From Iphione sp. A-MEVVRFRX5 (lineage: Eukaryota): a DNA stretch of 64,000 bases. The notes below the pieces were generated by a model. It worked only from the letters and a program-made list of their open reading frames with translations. It ran no database searches and was not told the DNA's origin. Each line of letters opens with the position of its first letter. Positions within the stretch are counted from its first letter, which is position 1. This document shows positions 14,006-24,166 of this stretch, one piece after another. The DNA lies in NCBI GenBank assembly GCA_976226885.1, contig OZ320321.1:58714001-58778000 (forward strand), given 5' to 3'. Made by a program: the position numbers and the translations under genes.

Positions 14006-14747
14006 TTAACCAAATCCTCCCACCTGGAATTAACGGTCCACCTACCTACGACCTTTCGGGGGTCATGGGAGACGTACATGCCTATATGGAGGAGGCACAT
14101 GGTGGCGGGCCGAGAAGTGATGGATATTAAGTCTTTCTGTCTCCAGCTGCTAGGTCAACTTATGGAGATGGTCTCCGTCCAGATGTGACAGTCACCTGGA
14201 TAATCTGTGTGTGTGTGTATTTATGGTCAGTGTCGCCGTATGGCGGTCGATGTTCTGTGAAACAATCTCCACATACCTATGGAATTATTGTAATTGATAT
14301 TGTTACAGGTTTCTTAATACATCCCCCGGGTCTGGGAGTTCCGTGGGTTCAATAAGTTTTAGAGCATGGTGGTCACAGGTGTTCTCCCAATTTCTAGAAC
14401 ACTTTCCTCGAAACTGTCTTCAAATATGTAGTCAACATAATTATATGTATAGCTTTTGACACGGCGTAGGGCGCTGAACATACACCCAGGCCATATTTAT
14501 TGACCACAGGCTTGCAACCTCTAGGTTGAAACTAGTCCCCCCCGCAACCGTGCCCTCAGTTGTACAGTTTAGACACAGGAACATAGACGGCAGATGTAAA
14601 TTTAATGAGGTCGATAGTATGTGTACTTACAGTTATAAATACAACTAAATGTACTTCAATTGAGAGAAGTTTCGTTTTAAGTTTAGGCGACAGACTGAAA
14701 GTGGGAGAACTGATAAAGGAAAACTCCAGCCCTCCATGATTTAAACT

Positions 14748-14782
14748 TTGAATTGAATTGAATTGAATTGAATAATTTTATT
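14748..14782 (-). terminator. LINE 3' end: AATAAA (14777-14782) followed by (TTCAA)5 tail (14748-14772)
   Basis: Plus strand reads (TTGAA)5-TAATTTTATT; short tandem tails are typical of CR1/L2-group LINEs. Confidence 0.85.
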
Positions 14783-15066
14783 CACGATCTCATTGTACAT
14801 ATACATGAGGTCCCCCAGTGAATGAGAACAAAAATGGTGTAAGATTAAATAGAGGTAATAGAGTATATATGAAGTGGGCTGTACATGTAAAAAAGTATAA
14901 AAATGTATGAAAAGAAGAAGTATAGAACATATAGAACATATTAACTGACTTCTCATAGCCAAAGGCGACAGTTAGATAACAAGTCAAGTTATATCGAACG
15001 ATGATGGGTAACGATGTATGTGTGTTCAAGTATGTCCGGTGTCAAAATTACTATCACTTTTCAAAG

Positions 15067-17868
15067 TCAATCATGGTAGAGTTTCATCTCATTCAATTTC
15101 TTCTTGAATTTTGATATCGAGAACTCGACTTGCATACTTGGCGGGAGTGAGTTCCATGCCTTTACACTTTGATACCAATGGCACTTCTGGCATTTTGAGG
15201 AAGTTGGTTTATACAGTGATATGCGGCGTCCCAGGCTCCTTCTAGTCTCTCGTCTGGGGTTAGAAGAGGGGCACATCCCTTGTCCTACCATTCTGTGCAG
15301 TATCAGAATGCCTTGTCTGTGTCCACACTCCAGAAGACTGGAGATTCCAAGCTGACTTCTCAAAGCCCGGGCCGACTTCTGATGATTACTGGTGCAAAGA
15401 AGGATCCTTCGCAAGAGTCTATTGTACTCAGTCTGCAGGACACTAGTCAGTTTCTTACTGGCATGAACAATGTGGCTTAGGGGATAATCGAAGATTGGGT
15501 CTATGAACGAGCGAAATACCCGTGCTCTATCGCGAAATGAGAGCAAGTATGATATTTTAGATAGCCCAAACCCTCGTTGCCTTGTCCTTTTGTGGATTTC
15601 TTGTGTTTGACTGTGCCAGGTAAGGTTGTCGTCAAGAGTGAAGCCTAGGAAGTTACACTCGTGCTTCACTGCAAGAGAGAATCCATCAAGACATAGATCC
15701 AGGTTGAGTTTAGGACCCTTTCCGAACTGCATGTAAAAGCACTTTGATGGGTTAATGATGAGACCACACGATCTGCACCACTTCACAACGTCCGTTAAGC
15801 CGCGTTGCATCTTTAGGCGGAGTGCAACTAAATTCTTAGCTTGGCAATAGAGTGTTATGTCATCCGCATACAAAAGACACTTCACTATGGCTAGATTCTT
15901 TGGTAGGGAGTTCATCACTATGGTGAAGAGCAGCGGTCCCAAGTGACTTCCCTGAGGTATGCCATGTGGGACCGCTGCTGTAGTGGAGGAAATATCGTTG
16001 CATCCAACAAATTGACTTCTACCTTCTAGGTATGAGGCTACCCAGCTAGTCGTTTTGATACCAACATTCATGTGTGCAAGACAATTCAAAATATATTTGT
16101 GGTTAATTACATCGAAGGCTGAAGTTGGGTCTAGAAAGATCGCCCCGAAGTGGTTTTGTCTGTTGATGGACTCGTAACATTCTCTCATAAGTGCCGCAAT
16201 AGCAGTCGACGTGCCTCTATGTTTACGAAAACCATGCTGTTCTGGCGTCAACTTACCCTGCCCCTCTAAAAAACCGTAAAGTTTGGAATGTACATGTTTT
16301 TCAATGACTTTACCCATGATAGGGACAATTGAGACTGGTCTGTAATTTTGCTTTAAATGAGACGGTCGTTTCTTCAGTAAAGGTGTTACGCGAGAAGTTT
16401 TCCAGGAATTTAAGAATAGGCAATGGAAAAGAGTGAAGTTGATTATGGTGAGGAAGACATTTAAGAAGGAGTGAACAGTATCTTTGAAAACCACCATGGG
16501 GATTCCTTCCATCCCACTTGACTTTCTATCATCTAACTTCGCAACAGACTTTCTTAAATCGTCGTGTGACATGAGGGGAAACTCCCATTCTCTAGTTGAC
16601 TGGTTCACAGATTGATACACCAGACTAGTAGTAGTACCATCTACAAGGGAGTTTACCTTATTCATAAACCAGTCGTTCAGTATTTGAGCACTGTGCTCAG
16701 GGGAAGATGATGAGTTGTCATCTGACAGTACGATCTTATCCCGCTTACTAGACTTGCCAAGGACATCTTTATTTATGACCGTCCAATAGTCACGATTGGT
16801 TTTACACTTATCCAGTTTACCCCGGATGTGTTCCTTCTTGGCTTTTCTTACCATATTTGTGACTAGTCTCCTATAGAAACAACCAATACGATATGAGTCA
16901 ACTGATTTAGTTTTACGATAATCCTTAAAGAAGAAATCCCTGTTTTTTATGGCCTCATATATTGTAGGGGTCATCCATTCATGCTGCTTTTTTACTTTCA
17001 CTACTTTCTTCGGGCATAGATTTTCTGTGGCGGACCTCATAGCATTTTCTACTTCAAGCCAAACAGATTCAATGTTATCTACTGTAGGCAGCGGCAACCT
17101 GTCAATAACCGGTGACAGCAGGTTTCTGAGCTCAGTCCTGCTGTATTTTGAGAAGGTCCTACACTCATACGTCATAGTTTCAGTTATTTCCCTTGGTTTT
17201 TTGTTTCTTATAAATACAGGTAAGTGATCGCTGACACTTTTGTCTAGTACACCTGATTCAGCTATATACAACATATTTGTAAAAATAAGGTCTAGACAGG
17301 AGGTGCTAGACTTGTGGAGAAATGTAGGTTCTTTGATCATCTGATGTAGACCCTTTGATGCCATGAGACTCTCTAAGTCTAACTTGGTCTGACTGTCCTG
17401 TAACCAGTTTGTATTCATATCACCACATACAATTACATCACATTTTCCTGGAAGTAATGTCAAACATGCATGGAAGTATTCGCATACTTTGGAACTATCG
17501 ATAGGTGGGGGGCAATAACAGACACAAAGATAAAGAGGTTTACGATATGGGGATTTTAGTTTGAGCCATAGAGATTCAATCATATCGGACATTTTGTCCA
17601 TATTAAGCAATTCTGTCACATCACAGCTAGAGTGTATATACGCACATACTCCACCTCCTCTTGTCTTATTGCAAGAAGCACGATCCCTACGAAAGAGTTG
17701 GTAATTCGACACAGAGACACTATCTTCGGATACACTTGCATTCAGCCATGTTTCGCAGATACCTAGAACTCATGGTTTACTACAATCGAGATATGACGAC
17801 ACTTCATGTAACTTATGGTAGAGGCTTCTTATGTTCCAAGCAGTTACCGTTCTACCCTTCGCCTTCAT
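15067..17868 (-). pseudogene. LINE ORF2, AP endonuclease + reverse transcriptase (~933 codons) with one in-frame TGA at 17770-17772
   Basis: The track ORF (15067-17712, GTG start) extends in frame upstream to ATG 17868: MKAKGRTVTAWNIRSLYHKL...KP*VLGICETWL. APE motifs WNIRSL, ETWL, FRRDR..GGGV, CGDMN, LDLIF, SDHLPV. RT motifs NYRPVS, QHGFR, FLD...AFD, GIPQGSHLGPLLF, YADD, FLG; C-terminal WNSLP. Confidence 0.93.
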
Positions 17869-17902
17869 GATATTTACACTGAGTAGAGCTCGATTTATGA
17901 AT

Positions 17903-18508
17903 TTAGTGTGGCATTAGATGAGTCAAGTACTCCCCAACATTCTCTGCCCAATTGTAGACAATGTGCTCTGGTAACATCCCGTCAACTTCCAACTCCTCTC
18001 CCCTGAAAATTGCCCTACCCCCTACATATTCATGCAGAGGCCAAACAGTGTCTGGCGTTCGGAAGCCGTTTTGTAGGTTGATCTGCTCGACAGTGAGATT
18101 ATATAGGCATATCCTTAAGTTCTGCAGACCACGCTCTTCTTTGGTGGCATTAGATAACCTGTTCCCATGCACAGGAAGGAAAATAATTGGATGACCGACG
18201 TTCTGTCTGAAATAGTCACTTATGTTTTGTAGCGTGCCCTCTGCTTGTAAGTCCACGTTATCATCACTGCCGTCCTTCATTGAGATGGTTTCTCCTTGGT
18301 ATTCAAAGAACGAGTAGTGCCCTAGCCTAGAGACTGTCAGATCAAAGGGCGCGGATGCAATGTTTGGCAACGACAGCTCCAAGTCAAAGATTGTCCCATC
18401 TTGTACGGCGTGGGTTGTGAAGAAGAAATCCTCAAAAAATCGTTGTCGAATCGTGTCACCAAGCAGGACTCCAGTGTCGTCCGTCAAGTAACGGACCATA
18501 CCATTCAT
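17903..18508 (-). CDS. LINE middle ORF (201 aa), degenerate SGNH/GDSL hydrolase-fold protein
   Basis: Uninterrupted ATG-initiated ORF between ORF1 and ORF2. VLLGDTIRQ resembles block I (GDS; S to T), AVQDGTIFDL block II, SRLGHY block III and DGMLP block V (DGxH; H lost). Recognised by eye only. Confidence 0.6.
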   Translation of the reverse strand: MNGMVRYLTDDTGVLLGDTIRQRFFEDFFFTTHAVQDGTIFDLELSLPNIASAPFDLTVSRLGHYSFFEYQGETISMKDGSDDNVDLQAEGTLQNISDYFRQNVGHPIIFLPVHGNRLSNATKEERGLQNLRICLYNLTVEQINLQNGFRTPDTVWPLHEYVGGRAIFRGEELEVDGMLPEHIVYNWAENVGEYLTHLMPH

Positions 18509-18944
18509 ATCTGGAATAATGTGTGAAAGAGTTTGTTGGAACTAAGTAGTGGTCACGGACCTTTAGGAAAGATAACCGTGTAGTTTCATATGCGCTAGCC
18601 GCAATCGTAAATCACGCCTTTACGTTTGCGGATATATCAGCGCGTCCGTCAGCTAACCGATCCAGTTGTCATTCAGGGAAATTTTACTAAAGCGAATGAA
18701 GGGTATGCATCTTTTAGTTTTCCTTGCTTTTTGAAGAAGACCGGCAGGTAATTCATCAGTGACATTGAGTAAAAACGGACTCCATGCTGGACGGAATTGA
18801 ATATAACAGACTAAGTATATATGCCGCTCTCAATACAATTCATACTGTTCACTAGTATATATTCTTGAAAAAAATCGAAGTACACAATGATGCGACGATT
18901 GTATAGAGTTCACTCAGCTAGGAATGTTCACTCTGTTTGGCATG

Positions 18945-20510
18945 TTACTGTGTGTCCCGTAGCGCTGTACGTAGACGGACCAGCGTTGTACCTATAAGAT
19001 TCTTTCCTGGATATTCGCCATTATGCAATCGTTCGTCGAACAAATGGCACCCACTACCCAGTATTGTGTCTGCACTTACTTCAACTAAGTCCTTGTCTCC
19101 CGTTGATAGAAGCTGGCGACGCAGGTCAGTGTCCTCGAACTTCAATTTCAATATATCATACAGCACACCCTGTTCCTTTCTGTTCCACTTCGATGTCCGA
19201 TCAATTCTGCTACCTATTCTCCTTGCTTCCTGACCATTCCTACTTTGTTTTAACTGTTTTGCCACGGATTCGTCCTCACAAACTAACGCCTTCCTCGCTT
19301 GTAAGGCCTGTTCACAGCTTGGATACTTAATCCCTTCGTATTCTATCTCGGTCGGATACGCTAGCGACAATTTGCAGGTTGCTCCTGGAAATGCAACTAG
19401 GTCCTCGGATTCGTGACTGTTTGCTGCTTCAAGCGATAATCCCTCCGGTAATTGGTCTAATTCGTAGTGTTTCTATTTGTTACCGTCTAGCTTCAATGTT
19501 AGGCCGGTCACGCTTGCTTTGAGGCCTTTTTTTCTACCAAGAGTTGCAATATTTTGTAGATCCTGGTATTTTTGCCTGCAGTTTGAAGGAATATCTTCTC
19601 TTAGAAAAATTCCTTGATAGTCTTTGCTCGCCTTCAGTCTGAATCTTCCCCAATAGACAGTATCACGAACCTGTGATGCATTAAACCCGATCAGAATTGG
19701 GCGTTCTTTGTTTTCTCTGTAGGTGCCGACTCTTTCTATTGTGTAGATATCCTCTTCTTCGATTGATCCATCAAGATAACTAAGGACCCCATAGACGACT
19801 TCATAGAGATCAATGGTTTTGTCCTCGGGTATTCCATGTGCAATGAGATTCCATCGTTTCTCCTTTATCTCTTCTAGCATTACTTCCTCCTGTGAGGTGT
19901 CTGCTGTTTGATTCCTGTCTTCATTGGTGTTATTCGGTATAGTTGCTGTGGGAATTGCGTTTAATCCCTTTAGCTTGTCCTCAAGATTTGTTATGCGCTC
20001 CAGTGCAGAGGTGAGCCGTTCTCTTAGTAGGGTATTGTCACTCATTAACTTCTCAATTAAGTCTCCACTTACTTTTCGGTCCTTTTCAGATTCCTCACGG
20101 ATCGATTTGATCTCCGATAATAGTTGTTTTTCTATTTGTAGAATTTCGACCATCACCTTCGACTGCTGTTGTAGTGTAGTGCTATTGCAGTCCAGTCTTT
20201 CTAGGACCGTGCGGTCCATGTTAGCTGGTAGCGGTCCTTCCCCGCCGTTGTTAACCGGGGTGGTGGGCGATTTTTGGTGACTCCGCCCGTAGTCGTTACC
20301 ATTTGAGTCCTCCGGGGAACAAAGTTCAGTATTTTGGTCAGTTTCCAGGTTCGTGTCCACAATTATGATGTTGTGATCTTTACCAGTACCTTTGCCTTTC
20401 CCGTTTTTGTCCTTATCAGATTGTCTCGTTGTCTTTGACCTTGTCATAATTGACAAATTTTGCTCATGATAGGCCTCTCCGGCCATGCACACGTCCGTTC
20501 GCCACGACAT
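18945..20510 (-). pseudogene. LINE ORF1 (coiled coil + L1/Tnp22-type RRM-CTD) fused to a C-terminal NADAR domain (~521 codons), one in-frame TAG at 19473-19475
   Basis: Track ORFs 19473-20510 and 18945-19370 are in the same frame and joined by ...LKLDGNK*KHYELDQLPEGLSLEAANSHESEDLVAFPGATCKLSLAYPTEIEYEG. RRM motifs NLIAHGIPE, IERVG, RPILIGF, IFLREDI. NADAR motifs YPSCEQALQARKA, LLSTGDKDLVEVSADTILGSG, GKNLIGTTLVRLR. Confidence 0.88.
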
Positions 20511-22448
20511 CCAGCAATAGCCTTAATTTTATTTGGTACTCTATCTGATGCATGTGGCAAGTTTTCCGTATCTTCTGGTATAGGTTTGTCGTCGTAACCT
20601 TATATATACCACACAAGTTGTATTTATCTGTCAGCTATTTAGAACATTTCTCTTCGGCAGTACTGTGCTGTGATGAATTATTCTTCGTCAAGTGCATGTG
20701 TCCCGAGCCTTCTTTTATAATAGAGATATTGGGCCACGTAACGATACAAATAAATGCTGAAGAGATAACGCCTAATACGTTACGTAAACCTCTTTTTTTC
20801 TTTTACATGTAGGTACTTCATAGGTGCCAGACATGGAAACCATGCTGGCCTCCAAATCATACTAATATTCTTAAAAGAATCATCTTTTGAACGACGACGA
20901 CCACCACGGGTTGCCCTGTTCTAATGAAAATATCGTGTGTCTTATGATGGCGATTATTACGACACTGAGCCTTCGTTTTACGTGGAGTGAGCTCGTTACG
21001 AGAAGATGCACTGTTTACAAAGTGCCCCCGTCTGAGGTGGGGGGGGGGGGTCTGTGGGGCGTGGCGCGCCGGCCCGCGCTGGACGGTCGGTCGGTCGGAC
21101 GGAGCGTCGCCGGTGTCAATCGACTGGCTTATCGGTTGATAATGTTGTCGGCGTTGTCTGGTCACCCCCCTCCAGGCCAGTCACTGAGATCGATCAAGGG
21201 GGGATCTTCTTTGGTGCTGCTGCCACAGACGGATGAATGATGATGCGGCGGCGGGCACACCTCCTAGCAACCAGCGTGAAACGGCCGCCAGGTATATCCA
21301 CACACCCATGTATAACGGGAGGGGGGAGGGGGGGGGAGAGCGGCCCTGCGCTAGTATATACATCTACATGTATACGGTCGTTGTGGTCACCTTGGAGCAT
21401 CCCCAGAAACAATGCTTCACTAATGCGTGCAGGTTGGGGAGGTGGAGGGTGGGGGGCCGATGGGGGAGGTTATTATATGTAGACCACGCCATGCAGCAGT
21501 ATAGAGTGACGGGCGGTTCGATATATACTAAAGTGAAGTGGAGGTAGTATGACATATAGGGTGGTGTCATATTGGTCCTCTCACTGGTCGCTCCCTTATA
21601 CAATGCCTTCTATAAATGTTGGTGAAGCAATGGAAGAAAAAACCCTGAACATATACCATGAAAAATATTGTTCATGTATTAACACGAAACGCAGGAAATG
21701 GGTCCTTATGCTGGGTGGGTGTATACGGAATCGCCTTCATCAAGGATGAGAAGCCCCGGGGGTGGGGGTGGGGTGTGGGGGGGCGTGGTAAGGAAGGGGC
21801 TGGGTGGCTGCATGGGATGCGGTGGGGGGAAATTCACCGCGGGATGTGCTGGTGTTCTTGCATAGATGGATCTGGCGTTGCTGGCGCGTCCCCCTTCAAT
21901 TATGTGCCGCAGTATAGGGATCTCCTTGAGATGTCAGGCAGCCCGCTGGACAAACCGGCACGCCAGTATTCCAACCCCCCCCCCCCCCGCTTCCCCACCC
22001 CCCGTCTCGCCGACCAGACAACAGGGCGGCTGACAGGCTCTCGGCCATCCCTTTCTTTGCGCCGCCGCCACCTCCGCCGCTGCTGCAGCAGGCATTGTCA
22101 TGTCTTGTGGGAACCGCACCTCCAGTCCCCCATTGTGTGCAGATCCGCGCTGCTGGCCGGGCGCCTTCGCTTCGCGCCTGATATAGTTATTTCTTCAGAC
22201 TCCCCAGCATTCAGAGGAGAGGCGCGGTTTTGTAGGGGGAAGGTTAAGCGTAATAAATACGATTTTTCTCCCCCAATTCGGTTACTTTTTTTTTACCTCC
22301 TCCTCCCCCGATTATTTACTTTTCCGGTACCTGTGCACACTCATTACACATATCTTTGGCATTGTGTTTATACCTCATGACATTTTGTGTACAGTTGCAT
22401 TACTTCTGCATATTTCCTTCTCTGAAAAAGATGGTGGAGAGGAGGGAG

Positions 22449-22450
<2 letters not shown>

Positions 22451-22505
<55 letters not shown>

Positions 22506-22602
22506 AGAGAGACAGAGACAGAGAAGGAGACAGTGGGAAAGAGAAAGCGATTGTGTGAGTGATTTAGTGAGTGAGGGTGAGTATGTGTGTATAATGAAGT
22601 AC
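22451..22602 (+). repeat. (GA)n microsatellite plus a ~55-bp flank shared with 55293-55344
   Basis: (GA)~26, then CGATTGTGTGAGTGATTTAGTGAGTGAGGGTGAGTATGTGTGTATAATGAAG, which recurs exactly after the gap at 55293. Confidence 0.8.
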
Positions 22603-23540
22603 TGCACATCATGTAAAAAAAAAAGCTATCGCCATTCCACATTAGGTAGATTGCATTTACAAATTAAATAATGTTATTATATTACGTGGGAGAACCGCAA
22701 TGTTCGTTAAACATGTACATTGTATACTCTCTAAATGGGAAATGCATCCGTTTCCGACCATGATTTATTGGACCGTTGTCACTCAGTCGGGCGAGGCGGA
22801 AATTGCCCAGTGCCCTGCCGGCTGGCCAGTTGAATGCTAATGGATAAGTGCGGCCACGAAATGTATTTCTGTCGAATTGTTTCATAAATGTCTAATATCT
22901 TCCAGTGATCTGTCCTCGGGTTCATGGGTGCATGGCCAACTGAGACGCCACAGATCGATGACATTCAGACCCATGGATGGCTGTATCACTCTATTTTTCT
23001 CTATGCTAATTTGACAGTGAAAGGCAAGCCTACATGGTTTAATTCAATGGTTGGAGGGGGAGGGGGCAGTAGGGATAGTTGAATGTAGCCGCGGGTCGCC
23101 TGAAATCAGCTGAGGTCGCCTGAATCAGCTGCGGGTATACTTATTGTTTGCCGGCCCGCATGGAAAAGAGTAGTTCACTGACATTCCAGGAAGACGGCTT
23201 GGTCCCCCTCCGTTCAAATTCCATGCGTACCGGCGATCATATTCATAATTATGAGCCTTTAATTGTAGCCTCTAACATGTGTTGCGGTATTGGCTTGTAT
23301 AGTAGAAACCGCCAGGTCGTGTTCATTGACGTTGAAAGTTCACATATCACGTCACGGAACTGCACATGTGGAGGTCACTCTCACACTGTCATATAGGCCT
23401 AAAGAAGAAAAAAAGATGGCTGTCGTGCTTTAAAGGCTTGTAAATCAAGGTAAAGTGTTTTTTTGTTGTTATGACATACCAATTGTACACTAACTAGTAT
23501 CCCTTTTTAGAAGACCCGCTGCTGTTAGAAATTTGCATAA

Positions 23541-24166
23541 GGCCCGGTTTCCTTATCTGCGGTGGTGTCCGTTGGTATGCGTGTGCGTTTCAGTGCGGGA
23601 AACGCATCAGCAGGTGTTTCCGCACTGCAACGCAGAGGGGTGTCCTCAAGCGGTGCGTGCGTTTGTGTGCGTATATGACTAGAAAATACGAAAAAAACGG
23701 CAAAAAGCTGCCGAAAAACGGCAAATTCCATGCAAACTGTCCCGAAAAATGCATATTTCATGCAAATTCGGCCAAAAAACGGCAAATTTCATGCAAATTG
23801 TCCCGAACAACGCATATTTCATGCAAATTCGGCCGAAAAACGGCAAAAATGTGCGGAAAAATTCGGGGAAAAAACCGCGTTGTGCGGAAATGTGCGGAAA
23901 TGTGCGGTATTCACATCCAAAAGTGAAGAAAAGTGAAAAGTGAAGAAATGTGAAGAAATATGAGTGTGTAGCCCTGCGTTGCTGTGCGTGTGCGTGGAAT
24001 TTATGGGAAGGGTCCGAAAACGGGCCACGCATGGCGACGCACAGCAACGCACACGGACACCACCGCAGATAAGGAACACCCTTCATTAAAATCAACAGGA
24101 CCATAAAATGGGTGCGTTTTCCGCACTCCAACGCACGCATGGCTACGCACATAAGGAAACCGGGCC
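23541..24166. mobile_element. PIF/Harbinger-like MITE (family B) with internal ~61-bp tandem repeats
   Basis: Perfect 16-bp TIR GGCCCGGTTTCCTTAT / ATAAGGAAACCGGGCC; identical TAA TSD at 23538-23540 and 24167-24169. Confidence 0.85.

Larger units (their letters stand above)
14748..20510 (-). mobile_element. Near-full-length CR1/L2-group LINE with three cistrons (ORF1-NADAR, SGNH-like ORF, APE-RT); 5' UTR boundary upstream of 20510 unresolved
   Basis: Three co-oriented ORFs with typical ORF1 RRM and ORF2 APE/RT motifs, ~320-nt 3' UTR, AATAAA and pentamer tail. No TSD found by eye. Confidence 0.92.

Noticed and set aside
18509-18944. Possible N-terminal extension of the middle ORF or a fourth ORF in the spacer
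   Set aside because: Four in-frame stops upstream of ATG 18508; only tiny ORFs (e.g. MPNRVNIPS) in other frames.
20511-20900. LINE 5' boundary and TSD
   Set aside because: No duplicate of the 3' flank (AGTTTAAATCATGG) found by eye; boundary left undefined.
21658-22380. 240-aa plus-strand ORF
   Set aside because: Low-complexity G/C-run translation, no recognisable motif.
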